A DNA stretch of 64,000 bases, from positions 1-64,000 of the IMG/VR virus record IMGVR_UViG_3300042090_003221; one strand, 5' to 3'. Made by a program: the position numbers and the translations under genes. Shown here piece after piece: positions 37,308 through 46,374 of the stretch (position 1 is its first letter; every line of letters begins with the position of its first letter). Origin of the DNA: a virus. The notes under the pieces are model-generated. The model saw only the letters and a list, made by a program, of their open reading frames with translations, had not been told where the DNA came from and ran no database searches.

Positions 37308-37727
37308 CTATCCGCGCCTCACGCCATAGACGTGCGGCCGCTGCGGCGTCGATGAATAGACCATCAAGCCAACGCTCGCGCGCGCGAGCATCGCGGCGAG
37401 GCGCTGCCCGTAACTGGTCGCGTTCCAGTCCCCGGCGCCGGCGGTTGTGATCGAGCCCTCGTCGTAGGAGACGCTCAACCCGCCCGCGCTCTTTGACGAG
37501 ATCGGGCCGAGCGTGTCCCCAGGAAGCGCGCCGCCTTGTGCATCGCGCGCGTCCTGCGCATTGAGGACCAAGTTGTGAGCGACGAACAGATAGCACGCCA
37601 AGTCCGCGTTCGCGCCCAGGGCGCTGAGCGCAAGTTGGTTTTGTGCCTGAGTGAGCCAGAAATCCGCGGAGGCCGCGGAGTTCACGAATTCAGGGAAAAC
37701 CGTGACGAACGTGGCGGTATTTGCCAT
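37308..37727 (-). CDS. Head-tail adaptor (DUF4054-like)
   Basis: FPEF, LFVAH.L, SKS.G.LSVSYD, WN.T.YG. Confidence 0.85.
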   Translation of the reverse strand: MANTATFVTVFPEFVNSAASADFWLTQAQNQLALSALGANADLACYLFVAHNLVLNAQDARDAQGGALPGDTLGPISSKSAGGLSVSYDEGSITTAGAGDWNATSYGQRLAAMLARASVGLMVYSSTPQRPHVYGVRRG

Positions 37728-37731
37728 AGCG

Positions 37732-38337
37732 TCAGTTCGCCCAGAAGCCCTGGAAGGCCCAAAGCGCAGCGTCCGCGGCGAGGGTGGCGCAGTTGATCGT
37801 GACCGCGACCGTGACCGTGGCGGCCTCGGTCAGGGTCAGGGACTGCGGATTCGTCAGCGCCGCGGAAGCGGCGCCGACCTGCGTCGCGAAATGAATCGCG
37901 CTCTGCGTGTTGGAGCCGAACGCGCCGGTCTTGGTGAGCTGCGCCTCCATCGACCAACCCTGACCGTTGGTCGTCACCGCACCCGAGGTCGCGACCGTCG
38001 TGCCGCCAACGACGGCGGCGCCGATGTTCGCGGTCGTCGGGGCGACGATAAGCTTCACCGTCTTGGTGTTGGCGTTGGCGCCGAAGGAACCCGCGGCCCA
38101 GACCTCGATCGTGCGGCTCGCCTGATCGAAGGCGGCCGCCGGGATCGTGGCGGTGGCGACGACATAGTCAGCGGCCGTGCCCGCCGGCGCTGCGCCACCC
38201 GCCGGCGCCTGCATCCACAGGTTGCCGGATGCCCTGAAGGAGCCCGGCGCGGCGGCGCCGCCGGCGAGGGCGGCGGTGTCATTCGGAAGAGCGTTGGACG
38301 GGACGTCGCCAACGTTGGTCGTCATGATTCGGAACAT
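37732..38337 (-). CDS. Putative head-associated structural protein
   Basis: Ala/Thr-rich beta protein between capsid and neck; AAGGA RBS. Confidence 0.65.
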   Translation of the reverse strand: MFRIMTTNVGDVPSNALPNDTAALAGGAAAPGSFRASGNLWMQAPAGGAAPAGTAADYVVATATIPAAAFDQASRTIEVWAAGSFGANANTKTVKLIVAPTTANIGAAVVGGTTVATSGAVTTNGQGWSMEAQLTKTGAFGSNTQSAIHFATQVGAASAALTNPQSLTLTEAATVTVAVTINCATLAADAALWAFQGFWAN

Positions 38338-38366
38338 TGGCCGAGATCCTTGATCCTAAGAGGAAA

Positions 38367-38810
38367 TTACGAGTCCTTGGTGACGCCGGCGAACTCGGCC
38401 GGCACGGCGTCCGGATTGACGGGCTCGAAGCCGGAGATGAGCGAGCGGCGGTCGCGGGCTTCGCTTTCCGTGCCGCCGGCCTTCGGCGTCGCGAAGATGA
38501 GACCCTTCTCGACCGGCGGGAATTCGCCGTTCTCTGCGAGCCATGTGTTCCAGAATTCGGCGTCGACGTTGTGCGTCAGCGCGAAGCCGCCAACGAGCTG
38601 CTTCTCGCTGTCGACGCCGACCGGCCTCGAGCAGCCCTCGATGACGAGGGTGCGGCCGTCTTTGATGCGCGAGACCACCTCGCGGACGCCGCCGCCGAAG
38701 GCGTCCTCGGTCCTGCTCAACTTCTTCTGGAGCTGGAGACGGAGCGAGAATGGAAGCTTCGAGGCAACGGTAACGGTCGACGCGGAGGTCGAGGCGGGAG
38801 CAGTGGACAT
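38367..38810 (-). CDS. Conserved head-module protein downstream of the capsid gene
   Basis: TVTVA.KLP..L.L; GFALT.NVDAEFW..W; SGFEP..P. Confidence 0.8.
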   Translation of the reverse strand: MSTAPASTSASTVTVASKLPFSLRLQLQKKLSRTEDAFGGGVREVVSRIKDGRTLVIEGCSRPVGVDSEKQLVGGFALTHNVDAEFWNTWLAENGEFPPVEKGLIFATPKAGGTESEARDRRSLISGFEPVNPDAVPAEFAGVTKDS

Positions 38811-38890
38811 GAAATCTCTCGGAGAATGGCCGTGGCGGGATTGCCGCATCCCGCGTCGTGACAGACGCGGGAGCTGTTTGGTCGGCGCGG

Positions 38891-39928
38891 TCACACGCCG
38901 GTCATGGTCGAGATGGCGATCGGCTGTTTGATGATCGCGCCCCAGGAACCCGCCGTCTTCTTTTGCTGGTAGCTCGAGAGCTGGCGGATGATCGGATGGT
39001 CCTTCATCTTGACGTTGAAGGAGCAGAAGCCCGGCGACTTGCCGTCGTAGTTGTCGGCGATGAGCTGAACGTTCTCAATGCTGTTGACGGTGTAGCGCGG
39101 CGAGGTCTTCACCTTCAGATTCGGGTAGGCCTTCTTGATGGTGTCCATCGCCGAGATGCCGAAGGAGTTCGTCGACACCAGCGCGGCCTCGCGGGACGGC
39201 GAGCACGCGAAAGTCAGCGAATCCTTAGTCTTCACGCGACCGAAGGTCCGGGTCACCAAGTCGTTGAAGAGGATCTGGAAGTCGTTGAGGATCTCGGTCG
39301 GGGCCGCATAGGCGCCGTTCGTGCCCCAGCTCGTGCCGCCCATCGCCTTGGTGACCGGAGTCACGGCCGCCGGCAACGAGGGGTCGTTGAGGAGGCCGTA
39401 GCATTGGAGGCCGGAAACGCCGAAGTGATAGATATAGTCCATGAACTTGTCGAGCGTCGAAGCCGCCGACGTGTTCTGCTCCTGCACCCAATTGATCTTC
39501 GCTTCGCCCGCCTCGTCGATCTCCTTGTCGCCGATGTCGAGCACGGTCTGGAACAAGAAGCTCTGGCGCTGCGGGAAGATGGCGTTGACGTTGGAGCGGC
39601 CGTTGGTGTTACGGTCGCCGTACGCGGAGATCTCGCCCGTGTTTTCAACCACGGTGAAGGTCGCGGTGCGGGTCGTCCAGTCGCCCGTCTTGCGCTCGCC
39701 CAGAATGTTGGCGCCTTCGTTGGGGGCCTGGAGGACACGGACCGTCTCCGGGTCCATGTAGTTGGTCATCCAGAACGGGATGCCGGCAGAGCTCGTGGTG
39801 ACGAGCGTGGGCAGCGCATCCAGCGCACCCTGCCAATCGCTGCGGAACTCGTCGGGGACGTAGTCGTTCGCGTCGGTATGGATGCCCCACTCGCGTTCAA
39901 GGCGCGGGAAGTCCTTATGCTTGTTCAT
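38891..39928 (-). CDS. Major capsid protein (DUF2184-like)
   Basis: GIP...T...DP; K.GDWT; YGD...GR; RQS..FQT; YGLLNDP.L; KK..G.WG.II..P. Confidence 0.92.
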   Translation of the reverse strand: MNKHKDFPRLEREWGIHTDANDYVPDEFRSDWQGALDALPTLVTTSSAGIPFWMTNYMDPETVRVLQAPNEGANILGERKTGDWTTRTATFTVVENTGEISAYGDRNTNGRSNVNAIFPQRQSFLFQTVLDIGDKEIDEAGEAKINWVQEQNTSAASTLDKFMDYIYHFGVSGLQCYGLLNDPSLPAAVTPVTKAMGGTSWGTNGAYAAPTEILNDFQILFNDLVTRTFGRVKTKDSLTFACSPSREAALVSTNSFGISAMDTIKKAYPNLKVKTSPRYTVNSIENVQLIADNYDGKSPGFCSFNVKMKDHPIIRQLSSYQQKKTAGSWGAIIKQPIAISTMTGV

Positions 39929-39954
39929 GTTTGATTGATCCTTGTAACGCGCGA

Positions 39955-40461
39955 TTAATCGATCGACGTCGAGGTGATCTTCACGAGGCCGTTGATTGTT
40001 CCGATGGTCGCCGCGTACCACTTGGTCTCGACGTAGCCAGTGACGGTCGCGCCGGTATTGGCGAACTGGACGGTTCCGTCGGCGAGTTTGGCGAACGCCT
40101 TCTGGCCGACGGCGGCGGTGGCGATGGTCGCCTTGACCCAGACATCAGCTTCAATCAGCGGCAATCCGACGGGCATACCCTGCGGGATGGTCATGCCGCC
40201 TTCGGCGAGGTACGTGGTGATCATCGGGTCGCCGAACTCGCGCGCGACGATGCAGCTCGGCGCGCCGGACGCGGCGCTGTTGATCAGCACGGAGTCGGTG
40301 GCGGCGACGTCGCCCCAAGCAAAGCGGCCGACCGTGACGCCGCCAGCGCCAGCGACCCAGGAGCCAGCCGCGCCGGGAAGAACGCGGCGGGGGTTGAGCG
40401 AAGCCAGATCACCCTCAACGGCAGGCGCCTGGGTCATCTGCATGGAATTCGGGAAAGGCAT
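39955..40461 (-). CDS. Head decoration/cement protein
   Basis: APAVEGD.AS.NP; AG..GVTVGRFAW; ETKW. Confidence 0.8.
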   Translation of the reverse strand: MPFPNSMQMTQAPAVEGDLASLNPRRVLPGAAGSWVAGAGGVTVGRFAWGDVAATDSVLINSAASGAPSCIVAREFGDPMITTYLAEGGMTIPQGMPVGLPLIEADVWVKATIATAAVGQKAFAKLADGTVQFANTGATVTGYVETKWYAATIGTINGLVKITSTSID

Positions 40462-40496
40462 GGGGAGTTACCCTTGATTGATGAGGAGGGAGGAGG

Positions 40497-41630
40497 TCAG
40501 CGCACGAGGCGGTTCGCGTTGGGGTAACGCTTCGCGTATTCCGCAGCTGCGGAAGCGTCCTGCGCGATCTTCGGAGTCGGCTTGACCGCGGCCCCCTTGC
40601 GGGCCTCAGCAAGCGTATCGAAGGTCACCTTCAGTACGGCCGAGGGCAGGGTGTCGACGCCCTTGACGCCGAAGGCCTTGAGGCCGAGGCGGTAGTAGTC
40701 GGTCGCGCTATCGCAGGTCACGACCTTGCCGATCGCAGCCTCAACGGACTCCTTCGCGGAGAAGGTCGCTTTGTTGAAGGCGCGCTCCGCCGCGACGGCG
40801 GCAGTGAGAGCCGCGTCCATCGCGGGTCTGGTGACCATATCGTTGTCCTCTTCATCGTTGGCGTTGGGATCGACTTCGCCGTCCGCCGGGCTGGCGGTTT
40901 CGGTTTGGGCGCCGGGGTCGACCTGCTCTTCACTGTCGGTCGCGGGCGTCTCCTCGGCGCCGATCTTGGCGACGAGCGAGTTGAAATGGTTCATGTCTTC
41001 GGGGGAGAGCTTCGAGGCGAGGAAAGAGCGCGCCATCGCGATGGCGTCGCCGTCGCCGTCACCCTCGACGTCTTCGTTGACGGCGCCTTCGCCTCCGCCC
41101 TCGACGCCGCCTTCGCTCTCGCCGACAGCGGCGGGGTCAACCGCGGGGTCCTTGCCCTTGTTTTCGTCGAGCTCTCCGGCGCTGGGCGGCGGCGCAGCGC
41201 TCGGATCCGTCACCGGTTCCGCGTCGTCCTTGGCCTCGATCGGGGCCGAACCCGCCAGCGCGTCGAGCAGCTTCGCGAGGCCCTCGGCGTCCGCGTCGAC
41301 CGCGAGCCGGCCCTCGACCGCCTTGAGCGCAGCCGCGGACAGCACCGGGAGACGCTCCGCATAATTCTTGTGGTTGATGCCGGCGACGATCGACGTGAAG
41401 TCGATTGCTTGATCCTGGGCGAAGCGCGGGGCGAAGTGAGCCGTAATGCCCCCCAGCACCAGCGCCGCCTTGCGAGTAAGGGGCTTACGAGCCATCTGCG
41501 AATTTTCCTTTTCGTTGAAACCGCCGGCTCCGCCGGCCTCCGCGAGCAGAGAAGCGTCCAGCCCCAGGGCCTTCATCGCTTCCTTTGGACTTGCGAAATT
41601 TTGACGCAGAGCCGCGCCGAGAGGGCTCAT
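40497..41630 (-). CDS. Capsid scaffold protein (possible internal start at 41495)
   Basis: Acidic disordered middle; PAMDAA, DSA...YR..L...GV, F/YP at the C-terminus. Confidence 0.8.
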   Translation of the reverse strand: MSPLGAALRQNFASPKEAMKALGLDASLLAEAGGAGGFNEKENSQMARKPLTRKAALVLGGITAHFAPRFAQDQAIDFTSIVAGINHKNYAERLPVLSAAALKAVEGRLAVDADAEGLAKLLDALAGSAPIEAKDDAEPVTDPSAAPPPSAGELDENKGKDPAVDPAAVGESEGGVEGGGEGAVNEDVEGDGDGDAIAMARSFLASKLSPEDMNHFNSLVAKIGAEETPATDSEEQVDPGAQTETASPADGEVDPNANDEEDNDMVTRPAMDAALTAAVAAERAFNKATFSAKESVEAAIGKVVTCDSATDYYRLGLKAFGVKGVDTLPSAVLKVTFDTLAEARKGAAVKPTPKIAQDASAAAEYAKRYPNANRLVR

Positions 41631-41654
41631 CAGAGCGATCTCCTGATTGGAGGA

Positions 41655-41819
41655 TTGATTTGCGTCGCCAAGCTGACCCGTGACCAGCTCGCCGAGAACG
41701 GAGCAAAGGGCGCCGAAGCCCTCAACTCGAAACTGACCCCCGAGCAGCGAAGCGCCTCAGCACGGAAAGCCAGAGCCGCGCAGTTAGCGAAACGACAACA
41801 GTGCTGCCTCAATGACTGA
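41655..41819 (+). CDS. Cryptic small basic protein ([11 protein letters not shown] motif); start uncertain
   Basis: [38 protein letters not shown]; GGAGG at 41649. Confidence 0.45.
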   Translation: MICVAKLTRDQLAENGAKGAEALNSKLTPEQRSASARKARAAQLAKRQQCCLND

Positions 41820-42371
41820 CCAGCCGATTTCGGCAGCCGAGTCCCCGACGATGCAGTCCGGCCCGGCTCTCCCCTCTTCGACGAGGGCAAGGTGATTGCC
41901 TATCAAGTCGCGCATGACTCCGTCGTAGGACTCGCCTTGGTAGGTCCCCGGCGTCATGTCGGGGCGGTAGCGATAGCCGCACGATAGTTGTTGCTGTTTG
42001 CCGCTCTTGATGCGGTTGATTGCTTCGCCGTCCCAGAGCGTGAGGGGCGCCTTCAGGTACGGGCGAGCGAAAGAAACATCGGTTCCAACCGCGCCGGCGA
42101 CCTTGTCGTGAGGGTGATCCTCGGCGTCGATCGGCGTGTGCTGGATCAAGATCGGCTTCCCGGCGAAGGAAGGGGCCGCCTTTTCGAGCTCGTCGGGGTG
42201 ACGCAGGAGCTTGTAAATCCGGTTGGATTCGAGCCCGAGCTCGCGCCATCCGGGGATCTCTTTGCCGAGATACGGATTGATGGCCGCCTTGCTGATGTTC
42301 GCCGTGGAGACGCGCAAATGGCCGTCTTCGTCGAAGGTTCGAACCGACGACCTATCGAGCGCGATCAGCAT
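41784..42371 (-). CDS. Prohead protease (DUF2213-like); start may be 42404
   Basis: R..DEDG.L, PYLG.EIP, R.P.EL, LS.GY, YDG.MR...GNHLALV..GRAG. Confidence 0.9.
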   Translation of the reverse strand: MLIALDRSSVRTFDEDGHLRVSTANISKAAINPYLGKEIPGWRELGLESNRIYKLLRHPDELEKAAPSFAGKPILIQHTPIDAEDHPHDKVAGAVGTDVSFARPYLKAPLTLWDGEAINRIKSGKQQQLSCGYRYRPDMTPGTYQGESYDGVMRDLIGNHLALVEEGRAGPDCIVGDSAAEIGWSVIEAALLSFR

Positions 42372-42413
42372 TTCATGGGGTCCGAGGGGTTGCGGGTGCG
42401 GCAAAATCGCCGC

Positions 42414-42443
42414 TTGACACGTTAGGACTTTTTGTCCTAATCT
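42414..42443 (+). promoter_or_regulatory. Promoter/operator P1
   Basis: TTGACA + TTAGGAC-TTTTT-GTCCTAA; -10 TAATCT. Confidence 0.85.
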
Positions 42444-42490
42444 GTGTTTTGCGGGGTTGAGACGTTCTCCCCCGGGCCGGAGATAGGAAC

Positions 42491-42724
42491 ATGAGGACTG
42501 AACGGATCGCGGACCGCGCCGTGGCGTTCGCCAACAACGTCCGGAAGCTCAATCGCTTCCTCGTTTCGGACCGCGTCACCGACGAGCTGTACGGGTTCAG
42601 GCGCTTCGTCTTGGATGAGCGGAATCTGCGGAGCTACTACGAGCGCCACGAGCCGATCGCGGAATGGCGCGACTTCGAGACCTTCCGGGTCGTGATCGAG
42701 CGGCGCATCGAGTGCGTCGCGTAA
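42491..42724 (+). CDS. Hypothetical protein
   Basis: First ORF after P1; AGGA RBS. Confidence 0.7.
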   Translation: MRTERIADRAVAFANNVRKLNRFLVSDRVTDELYGFRRFVLDERNLRSYYERHEPIAEWRDFETFRVVIERRIECVA

Positions 42725-42773
42725 CCAGCCCGCGCCGCTGCGGCGGCGCTATTCCCAGAGGATCGACCCGACG

Positions 42774-42947
42774 ATGCGCCAACCGACGATTTACGAAGCG
42801 CTCAAGGCCCGCCTGGGCCGCGAGCCCAGCAACGCCGAGCTGAAGGCCGACGTTCAGCGAATTCTGCAAGAGGCGTCCGACGTGGCGCTCGTCGCCGCGG
42901 CCGAAGCCGGGCGGCTACCTCACCAGCGAAAGGGAAAACGGAGATGA
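42774..42947 (+). CDS. Small hypothetical protein (not in ORF track)
   Basis: MRQPTIYEALKARLGREPSNAELKADVQRIL; ATGA coupling. Confidence 0.65.
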   Translation: MRQPTIYEALKARLGREPSNAELKADVQRILQEASDVALVAAAEAGRLPHQRKGKRR

Positions 42948-43144
42948 AACCCGAAATCTTCGCAGTTATTTGGTGCGATTTCGTTCCGCTGTCTCTGCCG
43001 TATCCCGGCGCCGGCGAAGCCGTCGCGGCGGCGCAAGCGATGCGCGCCAAAGCCGGGAAGAACGGCGTCACGCTTCAACACCTTCGCGCGGTCCGCTTGG
43101 ACGCGGCGAACAAGCTTCACACTCTTTGGCAACCGGAGAACTAA
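42944..43144 (+). CDS. Hypothetical protein
   Basis: Coupled ORF. Confidence 0.6.
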   Translation: MKPEIFAVIWCDFVPLSLPYPGAGEAVAAAQAMRAKAGKNGVTLQHLRAVRLDAANKLHTLWQPEN

Positions 43145-43147
43145 CAG

Positions 43148-43390
43148 ATGACGACGGGCTTTTACTGCACCGTGAAGCGCGGCGAGAAGACCGCATGGCT
43201 GCTCGGCCCGTTCGCCGAGCACGAGAAGGCGAAAGAATGGGCGTTCGCCGCGTCATGCAAGGCGAGCGATATCGACCCGCGCGTCGCCTTCGACCCCTAT
43301 GGGACGGCGGCGATCACCCGCGAGGGCGTCGAGATCGCCGAGCTGCCGAAGGGCAAACTCAATCACCTTTTCCCGAAGCTTTTCAACTAG
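43148..43390 (+). CDS. Hypothetical protein
   Basis: GGAG RBS; FY.TV.RG....LLGPF..H..A; GKLN. Confidence 0.7.
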   Translation: MTTGFYCTVKRGEKTAWLLGPFAEHEKAKEWAFAASCKASDIDPRVAFDPYGTAAITREGVEIAELPKGKLNHLFPKLFN

Positions 43391-43399
43391 GAGGCGTGC

Positions 43400-43897
43400 A
43401 TGGCCGAGGCCGCGAAGCCCAGGATACGGGTCCGATATTCTTCGGTCGACGGGTACGGCAAGACCGACTCGTTTTGCGCGATCGAAGGCGCCCGCAAATT
43501 CGCCTTCCACCACGTCGGCAAGCATGCCGAGTTCGGTACGGACTACGCCGTGAGCTGTGACGGCGTCGGCAAAATCAGGGTCGAGGGCTGCACGCTGGCC
43601 GAGCTGTTCGGCCGCGTCGAGCCCGAGGAACCGACCGACCTCGAGCTCGAGATCGCCGAATTCGGCGACGGTCAGGCCGTGTGGGAAAGCGGCTACGCGC
43701 AAATGTGCGGAATGCCCGCCAAGCGGCTCTTCAACACGAAGGAAGACGACGCCCGCCGCGCCGCGGAACATGCGGCCTGGATGGCGGTCGAGCGCGACAG
43801 CAACGGCCAGCCGGTCCACCGCTCGCCCGGCTGCACATGCAGCGCGATGCAGTTGGCTCTCGTCGGGTGCGAATGCGAAGCCGACGGCCCGTTCTGA
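43400..43897 (+). CDS. Hypothetical protein, paralogue of 44360..44779
   Basis: Shared ~65-aa N-domain; ends ADGPF. Confidence 0.75.
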   Translation: MAEAAKPRIRVRYSSVDGYGKTDSFCAIEGARKFAFHHVGKHAEFGTDYAVSCDGVGKIRVEGCTLAELFGRVEPEEPTDLELEIAEFGDGQAVWESGYAQMCGMPAKRLFNTKEDDARRAAEHAAWMAVERDSNGQPVHRSPGCTCSAMQLALVGCECEADGPF

Positions 43898-43925
43898 CCG
43901 TGGCGGTTTGTCGCGTGTTCTGCGC

Positions 43926-43955
43926 TTGACTTATTAGGACAAAAAGTCCTAATCT
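43926..43955 (+). promoter_or_regulatory. Promoter/operator P2
   Basis: TTGACT + ATTAGGAC-AAAAA-GTCCTAAT. Confidence 0.85.
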
Positions 43956-44002
43956 AGCTCTGCGGGGCGGAGTGGTTCGCCCCCGGACCGGGAGTTCCCG
44001 AG

Positions 44003-44086
44003 ATGACCGCGTTTTTCGAGACCGCCGCTTGGTTCTTCGTCTTCGGCATGCTCGCCCGCGAATATCTGACCGGCAACGTGCGGTAA
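44003..44086 (+). CDS. 27-aa hydrophobic peptide (not in ORF track)
   Basis: GGGAG RBS; MTAFFETAAWFFVFGMLAREYLTGNVR. Confidence 0.5.
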   Translation: MTAFFETAAWFFVFGMLAREYLTGNVR

Positions 44087-44098
44087 CAGGAGGTCGCG

Positions 44099-44347
44099 AT
44101 GGCTTACGAGATCGTCAAGGGCGCCGGAAAGACCATGTGGCTGATCGAGGCCGCCGCCGGCGAGGGTTACATGCGCTTCTATTCGAAGCGGGAGGCGCAG
44201 GCCTGGATCGACCGGGCGCTGAAGTCCGAAGCCAAGGACGCCGAATTCGAGGTCTACCGCCGCGCTCGCCGGCTCGAAAACGCCCACGAGTATCTCGCTC
44301 GCCGCGCCGTGCGCACCGCGCGCCCCGTTCAGCTCGAATTGTTCTGA
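44099..44347 (+). CDS. Hypothetical protein
   Basis: AGGAGG RBS; ends QLELF. Confidence 0.7.
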   Translation: MAYEIVKGAGKTMWLIEAAAGEGYMRFYSKREAQAWIDRALKSEAKDAEFEVYRRARRLENAHEYLARRAVRTARPVQLELF

Positions 44348-44359
44348 GGAGCCCCGCCC

Positions 44360-44779
44360 ATGCTGACCGTTCGCTACAGCGCCGTTGATGGCGCCCAGAT
44401 CACCCGGAAGTTCAAGACGCCCGAGGGAGCCCGCAAGTTCGCGGTTCGCTACGTCGGCGAGACGCCGGAATTTGGCTCGCGCTACGCGGTCAGCTTCGAC
44501 GGCGTCGGCAAGGTGACCGTCGAGGGCTGCACGGTCGCCGAGCTGTTCGCCGGACCCGTAAAACCCGAAATGGTTCCGCTGCACAGCGAGGACTGCGACG
44601 CGCCGACCGAATACGCGCTCAAGAGCGAGTGCGAAGAGATCGTGGTCGACGCGGACAGCGACGAGTGGGGCACTCACCTTCATTACGGCTGGGCTCGCAA
44701 GACCGATCTCGCGCGCTGGAAGGCTGAGCACGAGGCCCGCCTCGCCGCCGACCTCTACGCCGACGACATACCGTTCTGA
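44360..44779 (+). CDS. Hypothetical protein ending in SSB-like DDIPF tail
   Basis: GAGGAG RBS; C-terminus LYADDIPF. Confidence 0.75.
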   Translation: MLTVRYSAVDGAQITRKFKTPEGARKFAVRYVGETPEFGSRYAVSFDGVGKVTVEGCTVAELFAGPVKPEMVPLHSEDCDAPTEYALKSECEEIVVDADSDEWGTHLHYGWARKTDLARWKAEHEARLAADLYADDIPF

Positions 44780-44973
44780 AGCTGAAAAGGACCTCGGCCG
44801 CGAAGGCGCAAAGGTCCCTCGCAAGCTAAGTCAGGTTTTCGAAACTGCGTCAAGAAACTTTGCGCCCCAACCATGAGGAACCTGATCATGATCAGCAAGA
44901 TACAGAGAGAGGCGCTCGACGACGAGCGCGCAATCGAGGCGTGGAACGAGCGCCGTGCGCTGGGGCAGCCGCT

Positions 44974-45195
44974 GTGAGTCGCGCACCAAGGCGCCCGAGC
45001 GACGATGCCCTCCGCACCGCGGCGGAGTGGCTCGATGTCAACGAAGGTGATGAAGGGGAGGGGGACGACTGCCGAGCGGTCGCCGACTGGCTTCGCCGGC
45101 AAATCGAAGAGGCCCGGGTCAGGAAGATCGCGCGCGAGACGGGCTTCCCGGTCAAGGTTGTGCGCAAGCTGCTTGCGGAGGACGAAGGCCCATGA
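44974..45195 (+). CDS. Hypothetical protein
   Basis: GTG start coupled to a short upstream ORF. Confidence 0.5.
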   Translation: MSRAPRRPSDDALRTAAEWLDVNEGDEGEGDDCRAVADWLRRQIEEARVRKIARETGFPVKVVRKLLAEDEGP

Positions 45196-45512
45196 CCTTC
45201 GACGACGCCTTCCGCGAGATCGGCCGCCGGAGCCTGCCCGGCGGCGGCAAGACAATGGGCGCCGACGAGATCGCGTTCCGAGGCCGCCCGTTCGGTCGCT
45301 GGCTGTCCGCGGTCTCGCGTGTGCGCCTGCGCGACCCGCGCGAGAGCTACATGACGAACGCCGCGCACAGGATCCGCGACTCCAAGGTCGGCGGGGCCGG
45401 CTATTGGGTCGACCTGCGCGTCGCCGGCGACGTCACCGACGACGAGCTCGCCGAGATCCGCGCCCTTGCCCAGGCCGAAGACGCCCGCCCGGTCCGCGTC
45501 CGCCGCGCATGA
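45192..45512 (+). CDS. Hypothetical protein
   Basis: ATGA coupling. Confidence 0.6.
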   Translation: MTFDDAFREIGRRSLPGGGKTMGADEIAFRGRPFGRWLSAVSRVRLRDPRESYMTNAAHRIRDSKVGGAGYWVDLRVAGDVTDDELAEIRALAQAEDARPVRVRRA

Positions 45513-45550
45513 ATTTTCGCACGCTGCGACAAAAAGCCCGACTTTCCCTC

Positions 45551-45579
45551 TTGACCATTAGGACAAAATGTCCTAATTC
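45551..45579 (+). promoter_or_regulatory. Promoter/operator P3
   Basis: TTGACC + ATTAGGAC-AAAAT-GTCCTAAT. Confidence 0.85.
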
Positions 45580-45603
45580 TGTTTCCGGAGAGAGGAACCT
45601 GAG

Positions 45604-46113
45604 ATGACCAAGCACTATTCCGTCACCGAGACCGCCAAGCTCATCCGCGCCGCGCTCAAGGAAGCCTTTCCGGAGACCAAGTTCTCCGTCCGGTCTTCGA
45701 GCTATTCCATGGGCGCGTCGATCGACGTCTCTTGGACTGACGGCCCGATCAGCGCCCAGGTCGATCTGATCGTGAAGGGCTTCGCCGGCGCTTCCTTCGA
45801 CGGGATGCAGGATCTCAAGAGCCACCACAGCTCGATGCTGAACGGCGAAAAGGTCAGCTTCGGCGCCGACTACGTCCACACCAGCCGCGAGGTTTCCAAG
45901 GCCAAGGTCGCCGCCATCGCCGCGCTGCTCGAGGCCAAGGGTCGAGACCACTGGCTGACCATTTGCGTCCAGGCCGGTCATCCGTTCCCGACCCGCGCCG
46001 TCCAGCGCCACGACAACGCCCAGGACGTGGCGCGCTCGATCCTCCAGCACGTCGCTGACGCCAAATTCGAGGGCCGCAAGGCCTCCGCCGTCGCCGAGCG
46101 GCTCGCCGCCTGA
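45604..46113 (+). CDS. LPD29-like protein (large-polyvalent-protein-associated domain)
   Basis: AKLIRAALKEAFPETKFSVRS..YS.G.SIDVSWTDGP; FDGM.D. Confidence 0.78.
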   Translation: MTKHYSVTETAKLIRAALKEAFPETKFSVRSSSYSMGASIDVSWTDGPISAQVDLIVKGFAGASFDGMQDLKSHHSSMLNGEKVSFGADYVHTSREVSKAKVAAIAALLEAKGRDHWLTICVQAGHPFPTRAVQRHDNAQDVARSILQHVADAKFEGRKASAVAERLAA

Positions 46114-46158
46114 CACAGCCCGCGCCGCGCCAGCGGCGCTCACCCGAGAGCCTCCGCC

Positions 46159-46374
46159 ATGATCAAGCCGACCGCCGAAGACATCGCCGCCCAGATCCGC
46201 GCCAATCCCGACCTGCGCCGCCGCGTCGCCTCCGCGCTCGCCGAGACCGCCGCCTACGTCGAAAAGGAGGGGCGCCGCTCCGCTGACCTCCGCCCCGCGG
46301 ACGTCACCAAAATATTCGAGTTCTACAAGGCGCACGCCGAGAAGCTGCGCACCGCGCTCGATCTCGCCGCCTGA
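46159..46374 (+). CDS. Hypothetical protein
   Basis: Helical ORF ending LDLAA. Confidence 0.65.
   Translation: MIKPTAEDIAAQIRANPDLRRRVASALAETAAYVEKEGRRSADLRPADVTKIFEFYKAHAEKLRTALDLAA

Noticed and set aside
41631-41786. Stop-codon readthrough fusing protease and scaffold (same frame)
   Set aside because: A second in-frame stop (TGA) follows nine codons after the TAA
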